A stretch of DNA of 32,000 nt from Trichodesmium erythraeum IMS101 (GTDB taxonomy: Bacteria; Cyanobacteriota; Cyanobacteriia; Cyanobacteriales; Microcoleaceae). The position numbers were made by a program, and so were the translations under genes. Under the pieces are notes generated by a model. That model made no database searches. It saw only the letters and a program-made list of their open reading frames with translations, and had not been told where the DNA came from. This document shows positions 9,438 through 26,595 of the stretch, one piece after another. Location of the stretch: positions 3,420,001 through 3,452,000 of the forward strand of contig NC_008312.1 in assembly GCF_000014265.1 (NCBI RefSeq), written 5' to 3'. Within the stretch, counting starts at the first letter, position 1, and every line of letters begins with the position of its first letter.

Positions 9438-9612
9438 TTCTACTAACCTTACCCCAACTTATATAAGCGTAATTGCATAAGCTTTGAAACTAGCTTCGGT
9501 ATTTCACCCTTATGCCCATTGATCCCAGTCTTCAACTTATCTTCAAGACCAGGCTTTAAAACGCAAGGAAGCTCAAGCTACTTATTCATATATAGTTTTC
9601 GCTCATTACCCA
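9438..9612 (-). mobile_element. Remnant of an IS200/IS605-family element: extreme 3' end of tnpB plus downstream omega-RNA/right-end-like region, with no intact ORF
   Basis: The reverse complement aligns by eye at roughly 75-85% with 31587-31824. Examples are ..GAGCGAAAACTATATATGAATAAGTAG.. and ..GTGAAATACCGAAGCTAGTTTCAAAGCTTATGCAATT.., the latter against GTGAAATATTGAAGCTAGCTCTCAAGCTTATGCAATT. This copy lacks about 70 bp that encode the zinc-finger segment in the other copy. Confidence 0.55.
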
Positions 9613-10008
9613 TACAGCTACAATATTCCTATGTATTTGTAAGTTTAAATAAGTATAGTTAGTTTTTATTTAACTATCAAGTCTCATCCCAGGAGAGAAG
9701 CTAGATTGGTAAATGAATTATAGCATTGTCTAGCTCTTGACTAGGTTTAGGTCATAAACACCTTTCATCTCGTGGAGCTAAACATTTTGATTAGCCTTTA
9801 AGAACTCTATTTAGACATTCCCAATAATATTGAAACGTCCCTTTAGATTCTACCTTGATCACTCCCTTTCTTTGTTTCCCAGCTACATACTCCAACACTT
9901 TAATAACTGGTTGCTTGTTTAGGTCCATAAGTCCATTAATGATTAGTGGCTAATTGTTCTTGATCATTAACAACTAACCACTAACCCTTGATATCTCAAA
10001 GCAACATA

Positions 10009-11541
<1,533 letters not shown>

Positions 11542-11711
11542 TCAAGCTTTTTACAAAAAATTATCGGGTATTATATAGCAGTTGCCAGGGCAGTTCGGAC
11601 ATTCTTACTCCTCTGAAATATAGTCACAGCAATAACTTAATGGATAATTGCCATTCCCACCTACTAAATTTACCTTAATTAGGGGTAAAGAGGGCGGACT
11701 TTTTACTTCTG

Positions 11712-12260
11712 CTATAGTGTTTTGAGGCTGATGCCAATACGACGCAGTTGTCCTTGCAGACTAGAGTCAATTATCTGAGAACCTATTTTGATAATGACAC
11801 CACCCAATATACTTGGGTCGACTTTAGTTTCTATTTCCACTTCCCTTGCACTAGTCATTGATTTGACTCGTTCACGGATTGTATTTTTTTGGTTTTCATT
11901 CAATTCTACTGTGGAGGTCACTTCTGCTAAAACAGTTTGATTGAGTTCACGCAATAGTGCTAAGTATTGTTTCCCTATCTGTTCTAGAAAAGTAATCCGA
12001 CCTTTATCAATTAGTAGCATTAAGAAATTACGCATTAAGGGATCAACCTGTTCTCCCAGCATGCGTTTTACCACTGCTTTTTTATCCTCTTGCTTAATAA
12101 CTGGATTTCCCACAAATTGCTTAAATTCCGGGGATTCATCCAGAATATTAATCAGGCTCCGCACATCTTCGGCAAATTTATCAGTCAAGTCTTTTGATTG
12201 AGCCAAGGACATCAGAGCTGCTGCATAAGGTTCTACAATTTCACCAGCTATTACACTCAT
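11712..12260 (-). CDS. atpH: F0F1 ATP synthase subunit delta (OSCP; atpD in cyanobacterial nomenclature)
   Basis: 182 aa. It sits between b and alpha. Its start overlaps the stop of the b gene (ATGA at 12257-12260). The N-terminus ..[13 protein letters not shown].. is typical of delta. Confidence 0.9.
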
Positions 12261-12790
12261 AATTGACCTCCTAATCGCCCTATGCTACTATCTATTAATT
12301 GTTGCTGGGCATTCTCATCTAAAGTTTCTTGCAATTGAGATTCTACTTTTGCCAATGCTTTAGATGCCAGAATTGAGCGCAGTTGGGCAATAGCCTTATC
12401 TTTTTCAGAATCCATTTCTTGGTTAGCAGCTGTCTTCATCCGCTCAATATCTTGTTCGGCCTGAAGTTCAATTCTTTGTTTAACCTCCTGAGCCCTTGTT
12501 TCAGCAAGAGCTAGAATTTTTTCTGCCTCTGCTTGAGCTTGGGTCAAATTTTGTTGTTGCTCTGCTAATGCTGTTGCTGCTTCTTGTTGACGCTGTTCTG
12601 CTTCTTTTATTGCCTGTTCAATAGTAGCTCGTCTTTCACTCAGGATCTTCCCGATAAAGCCTGGAGCAAAATACAGCAAAACTGCAATTAGAATTCCTAA
12701 ATTAATTAGGTTTGTATCTAAAAGATCCAGGTTTAGACCAAAACCTTTTTCAGCACTAGCTTCTGTCGCTAGTAATAAAACATTTACCAT
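12257..12790 (-). CDS. atpF: F0F1 ATP synthase subunit b
   Basis: 177 aa. It has a single N-terminal TM helix ([20 protein letters not shown]) followed by a long charged coiled coil. Its position in the operon follows b'. Confidence 0.9.
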
Positions 12791-12881
12791 TATATTCTGT
12801 GATAGTCAGCCTTTAATTATCTTGTTAGATGTTGAGCTTAGTTATCTAATCATTCAACTCTTCAACCTGGATTTTTTTTGG

Positions 12882-13367
12882 CTATCTGACCAATTCTGGT
12901 CCTAATAGTTTTTCTAGAATTTGGCGACTTAGAGAGTCTACCTGTTCTTCTAACTGTTCCAAAGCTACTTCCTTTTGCTTTTCTATTTCTTGAGCTGCTT
13001 GTTCTCTTTTCACTTGTGCTTCTTTTTGAGCAACAGCCACTTTTGTAGCTGCTATTTTTTCAGCTTCTGCTTGAGCCGCAACAATAACAACCTGAGATTT
13101 CTGACGGGTTTGTGCGAACTCTTGCTCGTATTGTTCAGCTAATTGTTTAGCCTTTGCCAAACGTTCTTTTGCTTTTACTTGATTTTCGCGAATATAATCT
13201 GCACGAGAATCTATAGCTTTACCCAGAGGCTTATAAAAAATTTTGTCCAAAACAAAAGCCAGAAGTAAAAACTGAATTGCCATTAGTGGTAGAGTTGCGT
13301 TGATGTCAAACAAACCACCCTTTTCTGCTACTTCTTCAACAGCTAGTACAATTGTCAAATTTATCAT
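12882..13367 (-). CDS. F0F1 ATP synthase subunit b' (atpG in cyanobacterial nomenclature)
   Basis: 161 aa. It has the N-terminal motif [31 protein letters not shown] typical of cyanobacterial/chloroplast b', followed by a coiled coil. It lies between the c and b genes. Confidence 0.9.
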   Translation of the reverse strand: MINLTIVLAVEEVAEKGGLFDINATLPLMAIQFLLLAFVLDKIFYKPLGKAIDSRADYIRENQVKAKERLAKAKQLAEQYEQEFAQTRQKSQVVIVAAQAEAEKIAATKVAVAQKEAQVKREQAAQEIEKQKEVALEQLEEQVDSLSRQILEKLLGPELVR

Positions 13368-13473
13368 TTTCTCTAATTTTTGGTGGTTCCCATAGTTTTT
13401 GATTTAAAGATTTTAGATTTTCAATCTCCTAAATTAAAAATCTAAAATCTCTACTTTCTATAAATCAGGGTTT

Positions 13474-13755
<282 letters not shown>

Positions 13756-13932
13756 TTATAAATATATTGATTACACTGTAGTGCAATCAACTACATAATG
13801 TTGACATCCTTCCCGGCCTTTAGGCACAGGAATTATTTGCGAGCCTTAACTCCTCGGCTCACCCCACTAAGAGCTTAGAATAACAGATTTTGAGTTTTTT
13901 TTAGCAAGTTTTTTTACTACCTACTTATTCTC

Positions 13933-14682
13933 TTAATCGTGATCTTCTGCGCCGTGCTCTTCTAAGGCTTCTCCAATATAGTTAGCAGCCAGGGTAGCAA
14001 AAATTAGCGCCTGAATAGCACTTAAGAATAGACCCAAAACCATTAGTGGTAGGGGGATAAACAGAGGTACTAACAGAACTAGTACTCCTACTACCAATTC
14101 ATCCGCGAGAATATTACCAAATAAACGGAAGCTCAGGGATAAAGGCTTAGTAAAATCTTCTATGATTTTAAATGGAACCATAAAAGGTACTGGCTCGGCA
14201 TAACCTGCAAAATATCCTAAGCCTTTTTTACTGATACCTGCATAAAAATATGCTATGGAAGTCAGTAGTGCTAATGCCACTGTAGTATTAATGTCACTTG
14301 TGGGGGCCGCTAGTTCTCCTGAAGGTAGTTCTATTACTTTCCAAGGGACTAACGCTCCTGACCAATTTGACACAAATATAAATAAGAACAACGTACCAAT
14401 AAATGGTACCCAAGGGCGATAATCTTTTTCACCTATCTGGTCTTTTGTCAGACTGCGGATAAACTCCAGGACAGACTCCATGAAATTTTGCATCCCACTA
14501 GGAATTCGCTGCACATTGAGTGAGGATATAAAAGCAGCCAAAAGTATCAAGGCAATTACAAACCAGGATGTGAGTAAAATTTGCCCATGTATTTTGAAAC
14601 TACCTAGCTCCCAGTAAAAATGCTGGCCAACCTCCAACTCAGCCAGAGGTAAAAAGTTAATAGTGTTTAAAACATCTAGCAT
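13933..14682 (-). CDS. atpB: F0F1 ATP synthase subunit a (atpI in cyanobacterial nomenclature)
   Basis: 249 aa and polytopic. It carries the conserved ..[17 protein letters not shown].. block containing the essential Arg. Confidence 0.95.
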   Translation of the reverse strand: MLDVLNTINFLPLAELEVGQHFYWELGSFKIHGQILLTSWFVIALILLAAFISSLNVQRIPSGMQNFMESVLEFIRSLTKDQIGEKDYRPWVPFIGTLFLFIFVSNWSGALVPWKVIELPSGELAAPTSDINTTVALALLTSIAYFYAGISKKGLGYFAGYAEPVPFMVPFKIIEDFTKPLSLSFRLFGNILADELVVGVLVLLVPLFIPLPLMVLGLFLSAIQALIFATLAANYIGEALEEHGAEDHD

Positions 14683-14741
14683 TTTGGTTCTCAGGCTTCC
14701 AGATTTATATCAAAGTGTGGATTAATTAATATTCATAAGAC

Positions 14742-15182
14742 TTATGAGTTAGGCATAAGTGATGTTCGCAGTACATATATTATTAAGGCTGCTTTGTAAG
14801 TCAGAAATCCTAGGAAAATCGGTAAAATTTTTAGCTCATTTAACTGAGCTGCTAATATTATTAACCCAACAAGTATAGCTAGTCTTGTTTTGCTCAGACT
14901 TCCTTTTTCTCTACCAATACGTTCAACATCTTTAGCCAACATTCTTAAGTAAACCACACTTGTAGTTGCTCCTATCAAATAGTTTAGAGCTATGTTTAAG
15001 GAGTAAAAAACCCAGACAAAGATAAATATTATACCTGTAATTGTAAGGGTAATTACATATAATTCCTCTTGTAGTTTGTAATACTCTTTCATTGAAGGAT
15101 TTGGCTCTTCTGGTAGAGCACTAACTTCTGAAGTATTACTTTCAACAGTTATTGATTCTGGTGATGTATCAGATGTATTCAC
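14742..15182 (-). CDS. atpI: ATP synthase protein I (atp1), first gene of the operon; start uncertain
   Basis: This is a small hydrophobic protein directly upstream of subunit a, in the standard cyanobacterial atp1 position. The ORF-track start is GTG. An in-frame ATG (MKEYYKLQ..) 30 codons downstream would give a more typical 116 aa. Confidence 0.7.
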   Translation of the reverse strand: MNTSDTSPESITVESNTSEVSALPEEPNPSMKEYYKLQEELYVITLTITGIIFIFVWVFYSLNIALNYLIGATTSVVYLRMLAKDVERIGREKGSLSKTRLAILVGLIILAAQLNELKILPIFLGFLTYKAALIIYVLRTSLMPNS

Positions 15183-15884
15183 AAAAAATTAGATACTAAT
15201 CACAAGTGGTAGGCTTTTTTTTATATGCCAATAGTCATCATACCATGTTGAAGCCAGCATACCTAACATATATTGAATTGATATATATCTATCCATAAGT
15301 AATAAGGCATCCTTCTTTAGTCATAAGTCTGAGACTAGGAGAACCATAACATAACTTAGTTGACAATTTAGGAATTTAAGGGTTTTGAATGCCCTAGTTA
15401 TTCATTCGTTATGATTATGCTCAAGTATATCAACTCGCTTTTTTGCTGCTGACATAAGTTTGAATTAATGTAACCACTAGCTAGTCAAGTAAGAATAAAG
15501 CAGTCACATAATAATAGCTTATGCTTTATCAATATCTTCCTTAACATAAAAAGTGGACATTATAGATAAGTTATTTACTTACCATTGAATAGATATTTTG
15601 AAAGAGTAAATGTATTTAACAATACCTTTTTTTCCTGATGAGTCAAACTAATTCCCATTCATTAATGCTGTACTTAGGTAAGACTTCAGTTATTAAGTAA
15701 TTAAGAAAAAAAGAATAACTTTTTTACTAACTTGATCATAATTAATTTGTCTGTTCAATGCAAAGTCCCTAATCCCCTGATCAAAGTGTGAGGTTGAAAA
15801 GTTATGGATAAATGTTTAAGTTTTGGGCTTCCCTTGCCCCCTACTCTCCTATCTAATACCGTTTCACGAAAGTCAAAAGTCAAA

Positions 15885-15954
15885 ACTCAAAATTTAAAAG
15901 TTAGATTGTATATGCTCAAAACTTTGATTAAACAGTAATTTCAGGAAATTATTT
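15885..15954 (+). repeat. Dispersed ~70-bp repeat (module X), inverted relative to 25739-25808
   Basis: TTAAAAGTTAGATTGTATATGCTCAAAACTTTGATTAAACAGTAATTTCAGGAAATTATTT aligns with the reverse complement of 25739-25808 (TTAAAAGTAAGACTTTATCGGCTCAAAACTTTAACACATTCAGTAATTTCAGGAAATTATTT). The alignment includes perfect 22-nt and 11-nt blocks. Confidence 0.75.
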
Positions 15955-16076
15955 GACATTTAAAGTTGTAAACTATTTGTGACATCTTAAAAGTGAACTA
16001 TTATTAGAAAAGGTTTTTAGGAGTTCCTCATCATAGATATCTTTTAAGGGGGTAAGGGGAGAGTTAACTGCTGAGT

Positions 16077-17288
16077 TTAGTGATAACCGGAGTTAGGACT
16101 TAGCAAAATTAAAAGTCGGGACTGAAGCGATCGCACAGTTTCTACTCCTACTGGTACATCTGTTAATATCTCCCCTACGGTGGACTGAGATTTGTTGCTT
16201 ACTCCTTGAGTACAAGCTTCTAGAAATTCATATTCTGGCCTTGACAAATTTACTAATCTATAGTCACCATCAAAAATATTTTCACTAGGCCATCCCTGGA
16301 TACAAGGACTTAATTCAGGTATTGCTGCCTTGAGCAACTCATCATGAGACCAATCAACCTTTTGTAGAGGTGGTCTTCCCAAAAAAAACTCGTAATGACT
16401 AATTTGAGGGTCTAATAACTCAATCAAACGATAACGTTCTTGATCATTCAAATCAATTGCTCTTTCTATCAATTCGGGAGATTTTCCCAGAAGTCGCCCT
16501 AAGTCCCAGTATTCCCAATTGGAAAATCCCAGAAACTCCAAACCAGATGCTTCTATTAACTCAAACAAGGTATCAATATTGTAGTGAATTTCCTGGGGAT
16601 GAACATACATATCGGCAAAACACTCATCTTTTTTATTTTCCCAAGACCATCTTTCTTTTTCATACTTGACAATACGGTTATTCTCTGGTAAAGAAGCAAA
16701 AAGTTGACGTCCGATTTTCACTCCATCTTTGTAGTTGCCACGTTCATTACCTTGAAGGATGGCGATCGCCTGCTGCATGAGTCTAATTTCCCAGCGCCCC
16801 AACTCTGCATAAACAAAAATGTGCATAATCCCACCAGGGGCCAACTTCAAAGCGAGATTTTGGATACCTCGAATTGGATCTGGTAAATGGTGCAGTACCC
16901 CTACACAATTAATAAACTTAAACTCTCCCTCTAGTCTACCTACATCATATATGCTGAGATGATGAAAATCAACGCGGGAAGCTCCGGAACGACTACACCT
17001 TTCCTTTGCCACCCGTAAAGCACCACTACTTAAATCAATTCCTACTACAGAAGCTTGAGGGTTAAGGTGAACCAAATAATCTGTACTAGAACCTGTACCA
17101 CAACCTGCATCTAAAATTCTAATATCTTGTTTTTTCGGTTTTTGACCAGTGCAAAAACTATAAGCTACTGGCCAACTCCAACGCCAGTTGTATCCAGGAG
17201 GCGCTTCATCTGTCAAAGGGTCTGGAGGAAATGGAAAGGTATCATAGAGTCCCTCAACAGCAGAACTAATATTAATTCTATCTTTCAT
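16077..17288 (-). CDS. Class I SAM-dependent methyltransferase (403 aa) with a C-terminal extension of unknown function
   Basis: Motif I is ILDAGCGTGSS. Post-I is VVGIDLS. It also has the ..INCVGVLHHLPDP.. and ..LAPGGIMHIFVY.. motifs. Confidence 0.85.
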   Translation of the reverse strand: MKDRINISSAVEGLYDTFPFPPDPLTDEAPPGYNWRWSWPVAYSFCTGQKPKKQDIRILDAGCGTGSSTDYLVHLNPQASVVGIDLSSGALRVAKERCSRSGASRVDFHHLSIYDVGRLEGEFKFINCVGVLHHLPDPIRGIQNLALKLAPGGIMHIFVYAELGRWEIRLMQQAIAILQGNERGNYKDGVKIGRQLFASLPENNRIVKYEKERWSWENKKDECFADMYVHPQEIHYNIDTLFELIEASGLEFLGFSNWEYWDLGRLLGKSPELIERAIDLNDQERYRLIELLDPQISHYEFFLGRPPLQKVDWSHDELLKAAIPELSPCIQGWPSENIFDGDYRLVNLSRPEYEFLEACTQGVSNKSQSTVGEILTDVPVGVETVRSLQSRLLILLSPNSGYH

Positions 17289-17465
17289 CTCGTTTTGGGT
17301 TTAATAGTTACTAAATATATTTGCTAAAAATTATAGTGCTATATTTGTAATTATTTAAATGAAAAAATTTGCAAGTTGTTGTTAATTTTGCTGTGTTATT
17401 CTAGAAAAATATTATTACAAAGATACAATGATTGCCTCAATTATTAATATTAAGTTATAGGTAAC

Positions 17466-18727
17466 ATGACAAATTCTTTCTCGCCTCTAGTACAAGATGC
17501 GACAAAAGCTCAAAATGAAAGTATAAGAACTATTGTGGGGAAATTGGATGATAAAGAGGTATATATTCCTGGTTATCAAAGAGACTCTGAACAATGGGAT
17601 GATCGTAAACAATCTCTATTTATAGAATCTTTACTAAACAATCTCACCATACCAGCTTTCTTTTTTTTGTGAAGGTGAAGACTTGAATGATGAGGTAGTC
17701 GACGGTCAACAACGTCTTAGCACTATCTGGAAATTTTATAAAAATGATTTAATTATGAGTGCTAGTCATAAGGTTTCTTATATAGCACCTCTATCAATCT
17801 TATACAGTGGTAAAAAAATTAAGGATTTAGATAAAAAACTACAAAAAATATTCTTGAATTATCCTCTGACCATTATTTATCTTCCTAAAGACTTAAAACT
17901 AGAAACAAAACTGGAAATATTCAGAAGAATAAATGAAGGTGGTACACCTCTTTCTGGTCAAGATATTAGGTTAGCTTACTATAGTAAATCAAAATCAGTT
18001 ACTTTGATTAGATTAGTAGGTATTCACAAAAATACTACTACTTTCAATGATGAGGATAGTGAAGATGATGAAGATAATAAGAAGCCATTTCAAAGAATAG
18101 TTGAAATGGCTGAAAAAAAAAGAGCTATCTAACCCTTAGTAGAATTTTACTAATGCTAGAGAAAAGTGGTACGAATGGTGGAAAGAACAAAAGATATCCA
18201 AAGGTCAAGCACCTTCTTTGATGTTTTTATGGTATCTAGTTTGTCTTGATAGACAAAAGCTTAAAGATTTATTGCAGAATCCAACTCATCTTAAAATTAG
18301 ATTTGGAGGGTCAACAGAGAATGCTTTAGATATTTACTGCGCATAACTTAAACATCAAGACTTAAATCAAAATGAAATACCATTAGTTTCATCTTTCCAT
18401 AAAATTCAAAATCACTACTTTACAAAATTTGCGGAATGGATAGAGGTGATTTTAACTAGAAAATTACTAGGAATTAGCGTTAATAAATATAAACAGTTAG
18501 CTTTGTTTATTGCTGGAGCAGTTGAGTTAGATATATCACCAACAGAATTATCTGACGAACAATGGAATGTTACCGGAAATTTTATTAGAAGTTCTAGAAA
18601 GGTTGGTAAAGAATTATTAGATGGTGATAATTATCCAGAACAAAAGGGGCTATGGATTGAAAAAAGCGGGCAATTTAAACAGTGCGATGCCACAGTTGAA
18701 ATTGTCAGAAATATTTTTAACAAGTAG
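17466..18727 (+). pseudogene. DUF262 (ParB/Srx-fold, GmrSD-like N-terminal domain) protein gene, disrupted at four or more positions
   Basis: The N-terminus IPGYQRDSEQW..LFIESLLNNLTIPAFFF runs into a T8 run (17661-17668). The frame must shift there to continue ..CEGEDLNDEVVDGQQRLSTIWKFY (the DGQQR hallmark). A second break falls around an A9 run (18113-18121) followed by TAG TAG. There is an in-frame TAA at 18344-18346. The frame then continues to 18727. Confidence 0.7.
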
Positions 18728-18821
18728 AATTTTTATGAGAGAAATTCCTGAAGGTTTATAGCTATGTAATTCCCAGGCAATAAATTTTTCTATGAGTTGG
18801 AAAAAAGCTTATTTCAGATGA

Positions 18822-18999
18822 AATTTTAATTCAAAATTGGAAGGGTATATTTGTCAGATTTGCCAAAAGTTATTTCTAAGTTCTAAGGGTTTTAAAGAAT
18901 TTAGGGCTGATCATATTCACCCTTTCAGCAAAGGTGGTTTAAAAACTTGGAATAATATGCATTTATTGTAATGGCAAAAAGAGTAACACGTTAAAGTAG
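18822..18999 (+). pseudogene. HNH endonuclease-motif remnant (frameshifted)
   Basis: The translation is ..YICQICQKLFLSSKGFKEFRADHIHPFSKGGLKTWNNMHLL*. After a 1-nt shift it continues ..CNGKKSNTLK*. Together these give the C-x2-C ... H ... N ... C-N-x2-K pattern of HNH nucleases. Confidence 0.55.
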
Positions 19000-19370
19000 T
19001 AAAAGCTATATATATTTCCGTTTTAAGTACGTATAGCTATCAGAAATAACTCACGAAAAATATAAAAATAGATAAAAACTATGACACTGTTACCTCTGCC
19101 GGTTGGTACTTGTTGCTTAATTCCAATAGTTTTTTTCACGACTATACTGAAACTTCCTATTTAATATAGGGTTTTTGTCTAAGTCAGATTAAAAAAAATA
19201 TTAGTCGGTGTACATAAATTATGAGTTAATTTTTCAGTAATAATTCAGAACTTTAGCAGTCAGCTTGAGCACTTTTGCCTGCTCTAGCTGCGCAAAAAAG
19301 ATGAAGTTGAGCTTAACATCTATTTCCTGTTGGACTTTTAATTCTTCTTAGAGGCTAATTCTCCTTCTGG

Positions 19371-19405
19371 CTGATAGCTGATAGTTGATAGCTAAATACT
19401 AAATG
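19371..19405. repeat. Short heptanucleotide tandem array (STRR-like)
   Basis: Five consecutive 7-mers read CTGATAG CTGATAG TTGATAG CTAAATA CTAAATG. Heptamer tandem repeats are a known feature of filamentous cyanobacterial genomes. Confidence 0.6.
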
Positions 19406-19857
19406 CTTAAATTTTTCATGGCAAAAAAAATAAGTTCAATGCTTTATCTTGGATAGCTATTGCTGATTAACTGTGGCCAGAGAATATTTGTTACTCCAAA
19501 TTTTATGTTTAGTAATTTTGATGAGATAAATAATTTTTAAGTTAGTAGATTTTCTCTAGTGACCGTAAATATACCTGGCCTTGAATAAGGAATGAAAAAA
19601 AATATTTGGCATAGGTATTTCAAGCTAGATGTTAAGGATGGCTGGTAATGTTTTGCTACGGGACATGATAGACGCAGTTTATCTTCCGGAGGCTCACGGA
19701 CAATTGACATGGTCTAATATCCTAATATTATCAAGAATTACTTAACAAAATTTATTATTTTTTTTAAAATAAAAGACTATAAGTCTATAAAATAAAAATC
19801 TGTAAGGTTTTTCACAAAAGCAGGTAGTTTAAGTAGGTAAGTTTTGAAATTTGTCGC

Positions 19858-19945
19858 TATGTAAAAAAATGTAAATTTACCTCAAATCAACTGTGTGGAG
19901 GAGCTTGGAGTCAGTACATAAATCTTAATATAGCTAAGTTTTTTC
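19858..19945 (+). repeat. Dispersed ~90-bp repeat (module Y), inverted relative to 25821-25911
   Basis: It contains a perfect 16-nt core TTACCTCAAATCAACT. Flanking similarity to the reverse complement of 25821-25911 is about 70-75% over ~90 bp (e.g. ..CTTAATATAG.. and ..GGAGT.AGT..). Confidence 0.65.
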
Positions 19946-20573
19946 ATGCCTATCTACTTAGCTCAAAAAATTTTACCTGAAAAACTAGATAGGAAAAACT
20001 ATAAAGTAAAAATAGCAACAATAGCTAGTTTATTAGGCCTGAAGATTTAGATCAAGTTACTGTTATGAAAACCCAAGTTTAATAGTAAAAAAAATGATAC
20101 CAATAAATTAGGGTTTTTAGGCGGTGCGATACCTAAATCTTAAAGTAAACTTAGGCGTGTCAATACTTTAGCATAATACCTAATCACAAATAAGGTCTAA
20201 ATTTCTGTAAAGATTATTGGGAAAATATCAAAATTAAAAATTTGATGTCAACTTACAGTTCTTTAACGGTATAATTTAATTACTAGTGGTGTTATTTAAA
20301 GGGGAAAGAACACATAAAGCTTATTTAAGTACATAAAACCACCTAAATAATCCATAAACTCTAAAAGATTACAGGAGCTAGACAATAAATCAAATCTTCT
20401 GTAAAAGTGTTAAAGCCAAAAAAATTATCAATTATTGATTTGGTTTTAATATTAGCTTTTATGGCATAAAATATATTAAGGTAAATCTTAAAAAACTATG
20501 CTTTTATTCAAAGTAAAGCTTGTTTAAAATGCCATAAAAACTGCAGCTAAATAATCGAATCGGGAAGCTATAA

Positions 20574-22712
<2,139 letters not shown>

Positions 22713-22815
22713 GAAAACTATACTTTTATTCAAAATAGAGGGTCTTTGAAGTCTTATAAAAATTAAAAGCCAAAATGTCTGAATAGAAGCCGTAAAAACT
22801 TAAAATAGGAACTGA

Positions 22816-25560
<2,745 letters not shown>

Positions 25561-25597
25561 GCTATTGGTGATTTTTTTGGTTGGAATTGTTACTGTT

Positions 25598-25633
25598 CCC
25601 CTGCTATAGATTTTTATAGTAGGGGGTTTTTTT
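25598..25633 (+). terminator. Rho-independent terminator of apcE
   Basis: CCCCTGCTATA (25598-25608) pairs with ATAGTAGGGG (25616-25625), with one mismatch. A T7 run follows (25627-25633), 38 nt after the apcE stop. Confidence 0.8.
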
Positions 25634-25738
25634 GATAAGTTTAGGGAGTGGGTTTTATAGGTCAACTGAAAATTTACGGGCATTAATGCTAATTTAATTA
25701 ACTGAGATTACACTAATGATCTCAATAGAGCATAAGTT

Positions 25739-25911
25739 AAATAATTTCCTGAAATTACTGAATGTGTTAAAGTTTTGAGCCGATAAAGTCTTACTTTTAA
25801 TTTTTAACTAGTGAGTACGTACAAAAAAGCTGCACTATATTAAGTTTGATCAACTAACTCCGAAATATTCCATAGAGTTGATTTGAGGTAAGTTGATATT
25901 TTGTTATGTAA
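25739..25911 (-). repeat. Composite ~170-bp dispersed repeat (modules Y+X on the minus strand)
   Basis: 25821-25911 is the inverted partner of 19858-19945. 25739-25808 is the inverted partner of 15885-15954. The sequence after 19945 also shows faint X-like similarity (..GCTCAAAA..). Confidence 0.65.
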
Positions 25912-26067
25912 GGAGGTTGCTGAACAAGGATCACGATAAATTCTACCATGCATTGCTGAAATTCGCGATCAAATTTGTTCTTGTCGCAGTCGATCTAAAT
26001 TAAAAGTTAGTTTACTGCTAAAAATTCAGTTTCAGGGTAGTGTTGCTAGTGAATCAGTAAAATACTA

Positions 26068-26480
26068 GCAGCATTGAAGAAATTTCAAGGGTTAATTGAT
26101 GATTTGAAGTTCGGCTGATCAAATATTGATACTGAATATCAAGTTTTAATTGACTAACAGCTGCTCGTTCGCTTAACTGTAGATGAGGTGCTTAAGAAAA
26201 TTAAATGACTGTTTAATAATGGTAATTTGGCGGAAGCTCAGGGTTATTTACAAGTTGGGGATGATGCACGAATACAAGTTATGCAAGGATGAGGAGAATA
26301 GTGGGTTGATCAAATTGAATATGTAGAACAAAGGCTAACAGGTTTGCATTGCCTGGAGCTTGAGGTTATAGTTCAAGAACTACACAAGGGAAAGGGGAGG
26401 AATATTTTCCTTTTCTCTTATAGGAGAGGGGTCGGGGGAGAGGTCTTCCGGGTTGCTCAAATTTACCTACAATTGTTTTA
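26068..26480 (+). pseudogene. Possible decayed gene upstream of the GTPase cluster
   Basis: A single frame reads ..QQLKKFQGLIDDLKFG*..TEYQVLID*QLLVRLTVDEVLKKIK*LFNNGNLAEAQGYLQVGDDARIQVMQG*GE*WVDQIEYVEQRLTGLHCLELEVIVQELHKGK.. The text is protein-like and interrupted by five stops. I recognise no family. Confidence 0.25.
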
Positions 26481-26502
26481 GTTAATTTTATAAGTATTTT
26501 TT

Positions 26503-26595
26503 ATGAGTAAAGTTATTGTGATAGGCGATCGCCAAGTTGGTCAAACAAATATTCTTCAAAGTTTGGCCCAAATTTATGATAGGAGGTGGGAATGA
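26503..26595 (+). pseudogene. 30-codon ORF paralogous to the 5' end of the downstream GTPase gene (P-loop stub with Lys-to-Gln in Walker A)
   Basis: MSKVIVIGDRQVGQTNILQSLAQIYDRRWE* aligns with MSVIVIGDRAVGKTHMGLALAQPIGEWRV of the next gene. The nucleotide similarity includes the same HIP1 site (26525-26532 against 26611-26618). Its TGA overlaps the next ATG (ATGA at 26592-26595). Confidence 0.6.

Noticed and set aside
9930-10008. Interleaved short inverted repeats (TAGTGG/CCACTA and TTAATGAT/ATCATTAA) just downstream of atpA as a terminator or pseudoknot
   Set aside because: The stems are short and AT-rich with long loops, and no U-tract follows. They are indistinguishable from chance in this base composition.
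16457-17327. Plus-strand ORFs 16457..16669, 16704..16886 and 17127..17327 opposite the methyltransferase gene
   Set aside because: They are antisense to a well-supported 403-aa SAM methyltransferase. They have no motifs and no ribosome-binding sites.
19629-19745. Relatively GC-rich island in the AT-rich apcE upstream spacer, containing a 38-codon ORF (MLRMAGNVLLRDMIDAVYLPEAHGQLTWSNILILSRIT)
   Set aside because: It could be a small protein, an RNA element or a gene relic. I see no RBS, no convincing stem-loop architecture and no recognisable family, so the evidence is too weak to call.
20243-20275. TTGATG ... TATAAT (20270-20275) as a candidate apcE promoter
   Set aside because: The spacing between the -35-like and -10-like hexamers is 22 nt, far from the 17 +/- 1 optimum. 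TATAAT-like hexamers are frequent by chance in DNA this AT-rich. It cannot be supported without TSS data.
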